Below are positions 21,471 through 31,277 of a DNA stretch of 64,000 bases, piece by piece. Made by a program: the position numbers and the translations under genes. The stretch's first letter is position 1, and every line of letters starts with the position of its first letter. The notes below the pieces were generated by a model that saw nothing but the letters and a program-made list of their open reading frames with translations, was not told the origin of the DNA and ran no database searches. The stretch is from Deltaproteobacteria bacterium (GTDB lineage Bacteria > Desulfobacterota > Desulfobulbia > Desulfobulbales > Desulfocapsaceae): NCBI GenBank assembly GCA_024280265.1, contig JAJRQL010000056.1, forward strand, positions 803-64,802. Direction: 5' to 3'.

Positions 21471-22226
21471 ATGAATCGAAGACCATTGCTTGCCGGAAAC
21501 TGGAAGATGCACACAACGGTGATTGATGCATGTCAGTTGGCGGCCGAAATAGGGAAATGTTCCGTCGGAGTAACAGATCGCGATGTCTTGCTTGCCCCTC
21601 CGTACACAGTACTCAGTGAAGTGGCCCATGTTCTGCACGGGAGTAATGTCCTGCTCGCTTCCCAAAATGTTTGCTGGGAGGAACAGGGGGCATTCACTGG
21701 CGAGATTTCGCCGACCATGGTTACATCTGTTGGTGGCAGAGCCGCCATCATAGGCCATTCCGAAAGGAGACAGATTTTTCATGAGGACGCTGAAATTATA
21801 AACAGGCGTGTTCAGGGTGCTGTGAAATTTGGGCTGATTGCCATTTTTTGTGTCGGGGAAACCCTGGAGGAGCGCGAGGGTGACAGAACTTTTGAAGTGC
21901 TCGAGGAGCAGGTGAAAGCCGGTCTTGCAGGTGTGGCTCCGGAAAGTATGAAAAAAGTTGTTGTGGCCTATGAGCCGGTGTGGGCAATTGGCACTGGAAA
22001 AACAGCTACTAAGGAGCAGGCTCAGGAAGTTCATGCCTTTATCAGGAAATTATTAGCAGAAATGTTTGAAAAAGATATTGCCGACTCAGTTAGAATATTG
22101 TATGGTGGCTCGGTTAAACCTGACAATGTTGACGAACTTATGGCGCAACCCGACATAGACGGAGCGCTTGTCGGCGGTGCGGCACTGGATGCTGAATCCT
22201 TTTGTCGAATAATAAATTTTAGCTGA
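21471..22226 (+). CDS. tpiA: triose-phosphate isomerase
   Basis: 251 aa, with AGNWKMH, IIGHSERR, AYEPVWAIGTG and YGGSV motifs. Confidence 0.96.
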   Translation: MNRRPLLAGNWKMHTTVIDACQLAAEIGKCSVGVTDRDVLLAPPYTVLSEVAHVLHGSNVLLASQNVCWEEQGAFTGEISPTMVTSVGGRAAIIGHSERRQIFHEDAEIINRRVQGAVKFGLIAIFCVGETLEEREGDRTFEVLEEQVKAGLAGVAPESMKKVVVAYEPVWAIGTGKTATKEQAQEVHAFIRKLLAEMFEKDIADSVRILYGGSVKPDNVDELMAQPDIDGALVGGAALDAESFCRIINFS

Positions 22227-22243
22227 GACCTTATTCAAAAAAA

Positions 22244-22621
22244 ATGACAACCATCTTAACAGTTGCTCATATATCAGTTTGTCTCTTTCTGATCATCATT
22301 GTTCTTCTCCAGCACGGACAAGGCGCTGATGCAGGAGCGGCATTTGGTGGTGGCGGGTCCAGTCAGTCGCTTTTAGGCGCAGAGGGCCCTGTACCCCTGA
22401 TGAATAAAATTACGACTATATCTGCAATCGTTTTTATGATAACATCTGTGAGCCTTGCCTATTTCTCATCCACCTCAAGTACCGGGTCGATGATGGATGC
22501 TGTACCTCAGGCAGTCATGGTTGAGAAAAAAGCAGAAGCTGCTGGAGAACAGATTGTTCCGATGCCAACAGTGGCACCTGAAGAAGCACCTGCTCCGGAG
22601 GCTCCAAAAGCTCAGGAATAA
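22244..22621 (+). CDS. secG: preprotein translocase subunit SecG
   Basis: 125 aa. It has LLQHGQGAD.G.AFGGG.S, two TM segments and the usual position after tpiA. Confidence 0.88.
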   Translation: MTTILTVAHISVCLFLIIIVLLQHGQGADAGAAFGGGGSSQSLLGAEGPVPLMNKITTISAIVFMITSVSLAYFSSTSSTGSMMDAVPQAVMVEKKAEAAGEQIVPMPTVAPEEAPAPEAPKAQE

Positions 22622-22639
22622 AAAGTTATAGAATTGTGT

Positions 22640-22725
22640 GCCGAAGTGGTGGAACTGGTAGACACGCTGTCTTGAGGGGGCAGTGGCCCACGGTCGTGCG
22701 AGTTCGATTCTCGCCTTCGGCACCA
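22640..22725 (+). tRNA. tRNA-Leu (anticodon GAG)
   Basis: The sequence gccgaagtggtggaa...ctgtc-ttgaggg-ggcag...gttcgattc...cttcggc-a-cca has a 7-bp acceptor stem, a long variable arm and GAG at the centre of the anticodon loop. Confidence 0.9.
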
Positions 22726-22900
22726 TTTGTTATACCTGGGAATTCCCATAAATTCCCGATAACCCGCAACCGGAAACGGTTTGCGGGTTTTTCTTTTCCT
22801 GCGGCTTCCTATAAAATCTCTTTACTTCCTAGTATAAAAGCGGGTACATCCGAAAGGAACCAAATACCCGTACTATTTATACCCGCCAGGAGGGATTGGA

Positions 22901-23450
22901 ATGGCGAAGCTTACAGCTTTAGAAGTTCGTAATGCAAAAGCAACCGGTAAACCGTGCAAACTACCTGATGGACACGGCCTGTATCTCCACGTGGCACTGT
23001 CCGGCACCAAAACATGGAGATACCGTTTTCGGGTAAATAGAAAAGAATCTACTTTTACCCTCGGCATATCCACAGATGAGTCTTGAACAGGCTAGAAATG
23101 CCAGGACAAAGGCAAGAGAGCAGGTAAAGATTGGGGTTAATCCAGCTCAAGAGCGTAGAAAAAAAATGCAGCAGCTTCGGGAAATTGAAGAGGCTGAAAA
23201 AAACTTAGGCAAAACAACTTTTGAATATGTTGCCAATGAATGGATTGACCTACAAGGAGAGAGTTGGAGCAAAAAGCATGCTGATGCTGTTTATGCAACT
23301 TTGCTTCACGATGCTTTCCCCCTGATTGGGCATTTGCAAATAGATACAATTACACCACCTCAAATCCTGAAAGTCCTCAGAAAGATAGAACGCCGGGGCG
23401 CTCTTGTTCGACTTGAAAAAGCTGTCTTCATTTTCTCTGCCTTCCTGTAA
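22901..23450 (+). pseudogene. int: P4-type tyrosine integrase remnant (N-terminal arm-binding/SAM-like part only, frameshifted)
   Basis: ORF 22901..23086 (LTALEVRNAKATGKPCKLPDGHGLYLHV...GTKTWRYRFR) is the DUF4102-type arm domain. ORF 23076..23450 continues (YPQ)MSLEQARNARTKAREQVKIGVNP... in another frame. The catalytic R..HxxR..Y domain is absent. It lies 175 nt after tRNA-Leu. Confidence 0.8.
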
Positions 23451-23461
23451 AAAATATCAAA

Positions 23462-23635
23462 CATGACAAGCTTGTAAAAACCTCCAGTTGTAGATGACTA
23501 AGCAGATAAGCGTAGACTTCGAAAAATTTCACATCCGATGTGTAAACATTGTCAATTATTTTGGCGTATTAGGGTGCGTCGTAATAATTGACAATGTGAA
23601 GCAACGAAGGAGGTGAAGAGTTTTTACGAGAGCGA
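23462..23635 (+). mobile_element. MITE-like repeat, copy A (family 1)
   Basis: It aligns end to end by eye with the reverse complement of 54637-54805, including an identical 26-nt block (tcggatgtgaaatttttcgaagtcta on the other strand). It has imperfect terminal inverted repeats containing cgtaaaaac and a 15-bp perfect internal hairpin (23546-23560 / 23583-23597). No conserved reading frame survives, because indels break the frame between copies. Confidence 0.7.
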
Positions 23636-23717
23636 AGCGAATACCCCCTTTACTAAAATATCAAGAGGGAACATTGATAGAAAAATGCTATGTTCTGACT
23701 GACTGAGTTAATCATTA

Positions 23718-24551
23718 TCAACCATAACTGTGCAGGCCTGACAGGAGGAAGTTTACTCCGTAGTAGGTAAACATCACTGAGATAAATCCTACGATGGCAA
23801 ACCAGGCAATTCTGTATCCGCCCCATCCTCTGGTAAATCTGGCATGTAAGGCTGTGGCGTAGACAAACCATGTGATAAGCGACCAAGTCTCCTTGGGGTC
23901 CCAGCTCCAGTAGGTTCCCCAGGCAGAGTTTGCCCAGATGGCACCGGTTATGATACCTGCTGTCAACCAGAGAAATCCGATTACCAGCGTTTTGTGCATG
24001 ATGTCGTCAAGGGTTTTCAGGGGGGGGAGCTGTGACAGAAATGCGCCTTCAGTGCCCTTTGCTTTTTGTCTGTCTTTCAGGAGGTAGACAAAACCGAAAC
24101 CAGAGGCCACTGCAAAGGCCGCGTATCCAATAAAGCAGGTGACCACATGGGCAATAAGCCAGTTGCTCTGCAGGGCTGGTACAAGGGGTCTGATTTCTGG
24201 GTTTTTCATCTCAGCCAGGAGCATTGCCGCTGCCGCAAATGGCATGGCAAAGGCGCCAAGAAAGCGATTTTTATACTTATGTTCGAGGCCCAGGTAGAAA
24301 ACAGCAATGGACCAGGAGAAAAAAACCAGTGATTCGTACATATTTGACAAAGGGGCATAACCAATTCCCATCTGATGCGACTCAACCCATCTCAGGCCAA
24401 TACCTGCGGTGTTGATCAGAAGAGCAAAAACTGTTACCGCGGTTGCCACGGAGTCAAATTTCTTCGCTTTAAAAACAAAGAGGCCGATATAAATGATTGC
24501 AGCCAGCAGGTATGCAAAGGTTGTAATACCGAGAAGCGTAGAGCTATCCAT
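23718..24551 (-). CDS. ccsA: cytochrome c biogenesis protein CcsA/ResC (system II)
   Basis: 277 aa and polytopic. It has the WWD-type motif WGTYWSWDPKETWSL and a downstream His (ALHARF). Confidence 0.85.
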   Translation of the reverse strand: MDSSTLLGITTFAYLLAAIIYIGLFVFKAKKFDSVATAVTVFALLINTAGIGLRWVESHQMGIGYAPLSNMYESLVFFSWSIAVFYLGLEHKYKNRFLGAFAMPFAAAAMLLAEMKNPEIRPLVPALQSNWLIAHVVTCFIGYAAFAVASGFGFVYLLKDRQKAKGTEGAFLSQLPPLKTLDDIMHKTLVIGFLWLTAGIITGAIWANSAWGTYWSWDPKETWSLITWFVYATALHARFTRGWGGYRIAWFAIVGFISVMFTYYGVNFLLSGLHSYG

Positions 24552-24821
24552 GAGTCTATCCTTTAGTTGCTTGCATTGAGGGGTAATTTAATCCAACCAC
24601 GAGGAGAGATTAATACAGATTACCAGTTGTGACCAATAGAAAATACAAATATTTCTTTTCGTAAAAACCGAACTGTTACCTTGTGGGACCAACAAATGTA
24701 GATCCATTTTGATTATAAATGCGAGTAAGGCAGATTGCCAGAACAAAAACAGTTTAGTTACCTGCGAAAGGTTATTTTTTCAAATTAAGCATTTCTCCTG
24801 CTTATAAGGATCAAGATTAGA

Positions 24822-24849
24822 TTGACATTTCTATACCTCCATTTATAGT
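24822..24849 (+). promoter_or_regulatory. sigma70-type promoter of repeat-family-3 cassette, copy 1
   Basis: TTGACA (24822-24827), a 16-nt spacer, then TATAGT (24844-24849). The upstream 19 nt caagattagattgacattt are identical to those at 53211-53229. Confidence 0.6.
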
Positions 24850-24854
24850 GCTGT

Positions 24855-25047
24855 TTGTGAATTGAATATTGGTGGAGACCTGAGAGGAATGTAAGGAAAT
24901 TTCGGCAGGAATAATTCCGAGCGGATTTTTTTTCACCAAAGACATAGAGACGACACCATGTCCAGGCAGACTCTTCAGAGAGTGTGATCTGGAATAGAAG
25001 GTCGAAGTATCGCTGGGTTATATAAGCGATCTTCGACCTTTTTTTTG
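24855..25047 (+). ncRNA. candidate structured leader or sRNA upstream of carB (family 3, copy 1)
   Basis: It starts just after the promoter. It contains the conserved hairpin tccag-gcag-actct-tcag-agagt-gtgat-ctgga (24961-24993) and ends in an intrinsic terminator. Its 3' ~55 nt closely match 53375-53430. Confidence 0.5.
24998..25047 (+). terminator. intrinsic terminator/attenuator 67 nt upstream of the carB start
   Basis: The stem aaggtcgaag.atcgct / agcgatcttcgacctt is followed by T7. Confidence 0.75.
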
Positions 25048-25113
25048 CCTTTTTTTCATGGATCGACATTCAAGCAGGTGATAATTTAAATTAGCGGATA
25101 AAAGAGATAGAAA

Positions 25114-28100
25114 ATGCCAAAACGTACAGACATACAGAAAATTATGCTCATTGGTTCCGGGCCCATTATCATCGGTCAGGCCTGCGAGTTTGATTATTCC
25201 GGGGTACAGGCCTGTAAAGCGCTGAAGGAAGAGGGCTATGAAGTTGTGCTGGTCAACTCCAATCCGGCTACCATCATGACAGATCCGGAATTTGCTCACC
25301 GCACCTATATTGAACCGTTGCAGCCGGATATCCTTGAGGCTATCATCGCAAGGGAACAACCCGATGCTCTGCTGCCAACTCTCGGTGGGCAAACCGCCCT
25401 CAATCTTGCCCTGGATCTTGCCGACAAAGGTGTATTAAAACAGCATGGTGTCGAGTTGCTGGGGGCTAACTCCCATTCCATCCGCAAAGCAGAAGACAGG
25501 CAGCTGTTTAAAGAGGCCATGGCCAATATCGGGCTTGATCTACCACGTAGTGGGACTGCCCATACCTTTGAAGAAGCAGTCCAGATCAAAGAGGAACTGG
25601 ATGTCTGGCCCTTGGTAATTCGGCCTGGTTTCACCCTTGGTGGTACCGGTGGCGGGATCGCATACAATGAGCAGGACTTTGAAGAAATCGTTACCCGGGG
25701 ACTTTTCTACAGCCCCACTTCAGAGGTACTTGTGGAGGAGTCTATTCAAGGTTGGAAAGAGTTCGAACTGGAAGTTATGCGAGACGTGAATGATAACTGC
25801 ATGATCGTCTGCTCCATTGAGAATTTTGATCCCATGGGTATTCACACAGGAGACTCCATTACCGTGGCACCTGTGCAGACCCTCACTGACCGGGAATATC
25901 AGATCATGCGGGATGCATCTCTTGCGGTCATGCGTGAAATCGGAGTGGAGACCGGAGGCTCAAATGTCCAGTTTGCCTTGAATCCCAGAGACGGTCGGAT
26001 GGTCATTATTGAAATGAATCCCAGAGTTTCCCGTTCAAGTGCATTGGCCTCCAAGGCTACCGGGTTTCCCATTGCCAAGATAGCCGCCAAACTTGCCATT
26101 GGGTATACTCTCGATGAACTGCGCAATGATATCACCAGAGAAACTCCGGCCTGCTTTGAACCCACTCTGGATTATGTGGTAACCAAGATTCCCCGCTTCA
26201 CCTTTGAAAAATTTCCGGAAGCCGATGACACTCTGGGCACGCAGATGAAGTCTGTCGGAGAGGCCATGAGCATTGGCAAAACATTTAAGCAATCCTTGCA
26301 GAAGGCGCTGCGTTCACTTGAGACCGGCAGGGCCGGCTTTGGTGCTGATGGCAAAGACGCGCCTTTTGAAAAATTGAGCGATGGAGAACTTGAAAACCGC
26401 CTGCGTATTGCGAAGCCGGATCGGATTTTTCTGATACGAGCGGCCTTTAAAAGAGGTTGGAGTATGGAAAAAGTGCACCAGCTATGCAGTGTGGATCCCT
26501 GGTTTCTTGGTCATCTTGCGGAACTTGCCGCCTACGAAGAAGAGGTCAGGAGCGCGGGTTCGCTAAGCGTGCTTGCTCAGGATCTGCCGCTGTTCAGGCA
26601 GTCCAAGGAGTTTGGTTACTCAGACCGTCAGATTGCATATCTGTTACAGGATACAGAAGAGAAGGTACGGCAGGCCAGAATGGAGTGCAAACTCCTGCCG
26701 GTGTTTTCCCAGGTGGACACCTGTGCAGCAGAGTTTGCAGCCCATACCCCTTATTTTTATTCCAACTATGGCGAGAATAATGAAAGCATAGCAACGGACA
26801 GAAAAAAGATCATGATCATTGGTGGCGGACCAAATCGGATCGGTCAGGGAATTGAGTTTGATTATTGTTGCGTCCATGGTTCATACGCCTTGCAGGGGGC
26901 AGGTTATGAAACCATCATGGTTAATTCAAACCCTGAAACGGTGAGTACTGATTACGATACCAGTGATCGTCTCTATTTTGAGCCGCTCACGCTTGAAGAT
27001 ATTCTGCATATTTACTGGAACGAAAAATGTGACGGTGTCATTGTCCAGTTTGGCGGCCAGACCCCATTGAATCTTGCCCGTGGGCTTGAAAAAAACGGGG
27101 TCACCATCATAGGTACCAGCCCTGCTGACATCCAAGCTGCTGAGGATCGTGACTTTTTCAGTACATTGGTGGAAAAGCTGGGCATTCTCCAGCCTGAAAA
27201 CGGTATGGCATCTACCGCCCGTGAGGCCAGAACCATCGCCGCAGGGATCGGGTATCCGGTGTTGATGCGGCCCTCTTTTGTGCTGGGTGGACGTGCCATG
27301 ATGATTGTCCATGATGAAGAGATGCTCACTGCATACATGGCAGAAGCGGTTGAGCTCTCCAAAGACAGGCCGGTGCTGATTGACCGTTATCTTGATGGCG
27401 CGGTAGAGGTTGATGTGGACTATATCTCGGATGGTGAAACAACGGTTGTTGCTGCGGTCATGGAGCATATTGAACATGCAGGTGCGCATTCCGGTGATTC
27501 TGCCTGCATGATTCCGGCTCGAAGCCTCTCGGTTTCAGTGGCTGAAACCATAAGAAGCCATTCCCATGCACTGGCGAGAGGCCTTCGGGTATGCGGACTG
27601 ATGAATATTCAGTTTGCTGTCCATGAAGGGGATGTATATGTGCTTGAGGTCAACCCGCGCGCCTCGCGTACCGTGCCCTTTGTCAGCAAGGCCATTGGAG
27701 TACCTCTTGCGAAACTTGCTGCTCTGGTCATGGTTGGTCACAGCCTGGATGAACTTGGATTTATGGAAGAAGTTATTCCCGATCATTGCAGTGTCAAGGA
27801 GGCGGTTTTACCATTCAGCCGCTTCCCGGGGATTGATGTGCAGCTCAGCCCGGAAATGCAATCCACCGGTGAGGTTATGGGCATTGATCCTTCCATGGAT
27901 CTTGCTTTTTATAAAAGCCAGCTGGCTGCCGGAAACAATATCCCCGGCAGCGGCAACATTTTTTTGAGTATCCGTAACCGGGACAAGGCAGCCATGCTCC
28001 CCCTTGCTGGCAGATTGTTTGCCATGGGCTTCTCCATCTTCGCCACCAGTGGTACCAGCAGCATTCTTGCTGACCACTCCATCCCAAGTCTCTCTGTGGC

Positions 28101-28386
28101 TAAAATTGCAGATGGGAGTCCCAATATTCTGGATCTCATTGAAGAGCAGCAGGTGGACTGGCTGATTAATATTCCAACTGGTGCCACCACAACACGGATT
28201 GACGGCGTAAAAATGCGCAGCCGGGCTATTATGCGGGGGTTGCCAATTACCACGACCTTAAGTGGAATGCAGGCTGCGGTTAACGGCCTGGAAACTTTGA
28301 AAAAGAAGAGTATTACAGTCTGTAGTCTACAGGAGTATCACTCTGATGCACCACGGATTACGTTGCCGGGAGGTACAATAGTATGA
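25114..28386 (+). CDS. carB: carbamoyl-phosphate synthase large subunit
   Basis: 1090 aa. It has two ATP-grasp halves (MPKRTDI.KI...GSGPI.IGQA.EFDYSG ... [17 protein letters not shown]) and an MGS-like C-terminus. Confidence 0.97.
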   Translation: MPKRTDIQKIMLIGSGPIIIGQACEFDYSGVQACKALKEEGYEVVLVNSNPATIMTDPEFAHRTYIEPLQPDILEAIIAREQPDALLPTLGGQTALNLALDLADKGVLKQHGVELLGANSHSIRKAEDRQLFKEAMANIGLDLPRSGTAHTFEEAVQIKEELDVWPLVIRPGFTLGGTGGGIAYNEQDFEEIVTRGLFYSPTSEVLVEESIQGWKEFELEVMRDVNDNCMIVCSIENFDPMGIHTGDSITVAPVQTLTDREYQIMRDASLAVMREIGVETGGSNVQFALNPRDGRMVIIEMNPRVSRSSALASKATGFPIAKIAAKLAIGYTLDELRNDITRETPACFEPTLDYVVTKIPRFTFEKFPEADDTLGTQMKSVGEAMSIGKTFKQSLQKALRSLETGRAGFGADGKDAPFEKLSDGELENRLRIAKPDRIFLIRAAFKRGWSMEKVHQLCSVDPWFLGHLAELAAYEEEVRSAGSLSVLAQDLPLFRQSKEFGYSDRQIAYLLQDTEEKVRQARMECKLLPVFSQVDTCAAEFAAHTPYFYSNYGENNESIATDRKKIMIIGGGPNRIGQGIEFDYCCVHGSYALQGAGYETIMVNSNPETVSTDYDTSDRLYFEPLTLEDILHIYWNEKCDGVIVQFGGQTPLNLARGLEKNGVTIIGTSPADIQAAEDRDFFSTLVEKLGILQPENGMASTAREARTIAAGIGYPVLMRPSFVLGGRAMMIVHDEEMLTAYMAEAVELSKDRPVLIDRYLDGAVEVDVDYISDGETTVVAAVMEHIEHAGAHSGDSACMIPARSLSVSVAETIRSHSHALARGLRVCGLMNIQFAVHEGDVYVLEVNPRASRTVPFVSKAIGVPLAKLAALVMVGHSLDELGFMEEVIPDHCSVKEAVLPFSRFPGIDVQLSPEMQSTGEVMGIDPSMDLAFYKSQLAAGNNIPGSGNIFLSIRNRDKAAMLPLAGRLFAMGFSIFATSGTSSILADHSIPSLSVAKIADGSPNILDLIEEQQVDWLINIPTGATTTRIDGVKMRSRAIMRGLPITTTLSGMQAAVNGLETLKKKSITVCSLQEYHSDAPRITLPGGTIV

Positions 28387-29549
28387 AAGAACCACAATCA
28401 CAACCCTGGAATTGGGCAGCAAAAAGGGAAAAAAAGGCTTTTCTTGCCCTTGAAGATGGCTCCATATTTCGCGGATATTCAGTAGGTTTTACTCGTGATA
28501 CGGTGGGCGAGGTAGTGTTTAATACCGGCATGACCGGATATCAGGAAATACTCTCCGATCCCTCCTACAGCGGTCAACTGGTCACGTTGACTTATCCTGA
28601 AATTGGCAATACCGGCATAAACTCATCCGATATGGAATCAAGAGGCATGTTTGCCCGTGGCCTGATTGTTCATGACTGTAATAACTCCAGCAACTGGCGG
28701 GCAGAGGAATCTCTCACCTCATGGCTTTCGCGTTGCGAAGTACCTGCCATCAGCGGCATTGACACCAGAGCATTGACCATCAGGCTGCGGGATAAAGGCA
28801 CACTGAAGGGCTGTCTGGCAGTGTCAGGAATCCTGACAGAAGAAGAGGCTGTAACGCTTGCCCGGAAGTGGGTGGGGCTTGACAATCAGGACTACGCTGT
28901 CCGGGTCAGCTGTGACAATGTGCAGCAGTGGGACGTAGACGAATCCATCAGCCGTTCCTGGGGCATCACGGAAGACCTTCCTCCTGCTGATCTGCAAATA
29001 GTTGCCTATGATTTCGGTATCAAGTGGAATATTCTTCGCAGTCTGCGGCTCTCCGGCATGGTCGTCACTCTGGTTCCTGCCCGGACCCCTGCCAGGGATG
29101 TCCTTGCCATGAAACCGGACGGTGTTTTTCTCTCAAACGGTCCTGCAGATCCTGCTGCAGTAACCTATGCCATCACTGCAGTGGGAGAAATGATCGGAAA
29201 AGTTCCGCTCATGGGGATCTGTCTCGGCCACCAGATTCTCGGTCTGGCGCTGGGAGGTAGAACCAGTCGCCTGAAGTTTGGTCATCACGGATGTAATCAT
29301 CCAGTTAAAAATCTGTTCACCGGCCGGGTTGAAATCACCTCGCAAAATCATAATTTTGCCATTGAGCGCGATTCCCTTGCTCCAAACAGAATAGACATTA
29401 CCCATGTCAATCTCAACGATCAGACTGTTGAAGGGATCAGCCATCGCAGCGAACCCTTGTTCTCAGTGCAATACCACCCGGAGGCCTGTCCTGGTCCCCA
29501 TGATCCTTTTTATCAGTTTGCCAGGTTCCGTTCATTGATTGAAGGATAA
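28383..29549 (+). CDS. carA: carbamoyl-phosphate synthase small (glutaminase) subunit
   Basis: 388 aa. It has [12 protein letters not shown], the GATase triad region GICLGHQ and ...QYHPEA. The ATGA start/stop overlaps carB. Confidence 0.95.
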   Translation: MKEPQSQPWNWAAKREKKAFLALEDGSIFRGYSVGFTRDTVGEVVFNTGMTGYQEILSDPSYSGQLVTLTYPEIGNTGINSSDMESRGMFARGLIVHDCNNSSNWRAEESLTSWLSRCEVPAISGIDTRALTIRLRDKGTLKGCLAVSGILTEEEAVTLARKWVGLDNQDYAVRVSCDNVQQWDVDESISRSWGITEDLPPADLQIVAYDFGIKWNILRSLRLSGMVVTLVPARTPARDVLAMKPDGVFLSNGPADPAAVTYAITAVGEMIGKVPLMGICLGHQILGLALGGRTSRLKFGHHGCNHPVKNLFTGRVEITSQNHNFAIERDSLAPNRIDITHVNLNDQTVEGISHRSEPLFSVQYHPEACPGPHDPFYQFARFRSLIEG

Positions 29550-29673
29550 AAGATATTCTTTTTATCTTCTGTGTCCTTTTGGGGGCAGGGGGTTCAATAA
29601 ACAAGAAACTGCGTAAAGAGAGGGGGAAGAGCTTGTCAATGGTGGGAAAGTAAACTTGTTAAACAGCTCCACG

Positions 29674-29712
29674 GAAACACCAGCCACAGTAAAGAAATGT
29701 GGCTGGTGTTTC
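29674..29712. terminator. 15-bp hairpin between convergent carA and the Tim44-like gene
   Basis: gaaacaccagccaca (29674-29688) pairs with tgtggctggtgtttc (29698-29712). The T-run is weak, so termination efficiency is uncertain. Confidence 0.55.
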
Positions 29713-29727
29713 TGAGCTGGCCTCCGC

Positions 29728-30609
29728 TCAGACTTCCTTAATCCCTTCCAGTTTCCAATTCTCTGTCCCCAGGGATCTTGCCCAGGTCCACTCTTCGGCA
29801 AATTTCACAGGTTCGGTCATGCTGCCTGAGAGTAAATCGCCAGTCTTGTCATCCACAGTATAATCGAGCAGATTGGCAGTAAAGAGAACGGTCACAAAAT
29901 CTTCACCATTTTCAGAACCAGCAGCAACAATCTCGACCTTGCGAATGGAAATGTTCTCAAGCTTGTTGAGCTCACCCTTCGATTTCATTTCGGCAAACTG
30001 CTCTTCGTATTCAGCAGCAAGCTGGTCTCCCAGCAGGGATCTGTAAGAAGTCAGGTCACGCCGCATCCAACCGGCCTGAACCTTAAAGAACACATCCGAT
30101 GCCACCTGAACAAAATAATCTGTATCAAAGTCAGGGTCACCTATACGGATACGGTCCAGACCTTCTTCCAGCTCGGATTTCTGAGGTATGGCAGCTGAAG
30201 ATGTGAAACCGCCTGCAGTCGGGGGTTGATATCCGGGAGATGCACCACCGGAAGAGCGGGCTGCTGTGAACCTTCTATACATAAAGTACCCCACAACGCC
30301 GAGCAGAAGGAAGGGAAGTATACCCATGCCCGTTCCCCCCATTCCAAACATACTGCCAAGCAGCATTCCGCCAATGGCACCGCCAAGCAGGCCGCCCATC
30401 AATCCACGGCTCATTCCCGGCTGCTTTTGCTGGTTCCCAGACTTCTGGGTTTGGGTTATCGGAGCCTTTTTTGCTGGTGTTGAACGAAAAGAGCGGCCTC
30501 CGCCACGGGAACGGGCATCTGAATACTCTGCGATGATACCTGCCTCAATGAAACAGAGGGTAAAAAAGACGAGAAAAAAAGGAGTAAATCTCCTTATGGA
30601 ATTCAGCAT
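29728..30609 (-). CDS. Tim44-like domain membrane protein
   Basis: 293 aa. It has a signal/TM segment, a Gly-rich TM (GLMGGLLGGAIGGMLLGSMFGMGG), and a C-terminal Tim44-like domain (DYFVQVASDVFFKVQAGWMRRDL...VTVLFTANLLDYTVDDKTG...W.ARS....NWKLEGI). Confidence 0.7.
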   Translation of the reverse strand: MLNSIRRFTPFFLVFFTLCFIEAGIIAEYSDARSRGGGRSFRSTPAKKAPITQTQKSGNQQKQPGMSRGLMGGLLGGAIGGMLLGSMFGMGGTGMGILPFLLLGVVGYFMYRRFTAARSSGGASPGYQPPTAGGFTSSAAIPQKSELEEGLDRIRIGDPDFDTDYFVQVASDVFFKVQAGWMRRDLTSYRSLLGDQLAAEYEEQFAEMKSKGELNKLENISIRKVEIVAAGSENGEDFVTVLFTANLLDYTVDDKTGDLLSGSMTEPVKFAEEWTWARSLGTENWKLEGIKEV

Positions 30610-31182
30610 TATATGCCTCCAAAAAAATTTGTCTTATTAAACGCTTTACTTGCCCCCTAATGTACTGGCAGTAACCATTTTTGTCATCTTTTCTCTACGT
30701 TCCTCAAAGAGTTGTCAGAAAATGATGGTCATGTGAATAGTGTTGTAATTCTAAGCAGATGGCGTCTATGTTCGACAAAATAGAACCAATGTGTTTGAAT
30801 TATCCAATTGATTCATCTCTGTTTGTCGTAGTCATTGTTGTATGAAACCAGAAAATATGAGCTGCTACCCGAACAGGAATGGATACTCTTTGTGAACAGG
30901 AAAAATAGTATTGATTTCCTGTTTTGTTGTGTGTATAAGTGCGTTCTAATGCTGGTTATGAGTAGTCGCTGGCATAAGTACCTTATCAATATTTTTTTAA
31001 AATACGCGAAAAGAATTAATACGGTACTCACCAAACGAGCAAAGACCGGGGAGGCGTGTACGTGTGTCTGTCTGGTATGCTGCTGCACAGGAAATAACCT
31101 GCCTGTGGTTCGGCTTTCTTGGCTTATATCATATATGGCAGCATGTCTGGCCGGGTTTTTTATACAAAGCGCGCGTCAGAAT

Positions 31183-31233
31183 AAAAAGGCCGAAGAATTA
31201 CTGAGAATTCAGTGATCTTCGGCCTTTTTTTTT
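31183..31233. terminator. strong intrinsic terminator ending the AT-rich orphan region
   Basis: ggccgaaga (31188-31196) pairs with tcttcggcc (31216-31224), flanked by A5 upstream and T9 downstream. Confidence 0.75.
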
Positions 31234-31277
31234 GAAAAAGAAGGGTCTTCCCGTTTTAAGAAGCGCCGGAGAACGGT

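Noticed and set aside
23484-23500. agttgtagat, reminiscent of the 3' end of Cas12a (Cpf1) CRISPR repeats
   Set aside because: The occurrences lie inside the MITE-like element (one per copy, in opposite orientations). There is no tandem repeat-spacer array and there are no cas genes in the window.
24958-24993. cuucagagagug in the carB leader hairpin, similar to the PyrR-binding UCCAGAGAGGC loop
   Set aside because: The match is only partial (CAGAGAG). The same hairpin occurs before a non-pyrimidine operon at 53378-53410, and no pyrR is seen next to pyrB in this window.
30835-31215. 126-aa Cys-rich ORF (…CTCVCLVCCCTG…) in the AT-rich orphan region
   Set aside because: It has no RBS, odd composition and overlapping antisense ORFs of similar size, and it reads into the terminator stem. 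I treat it as non-coding until shown otherwise.
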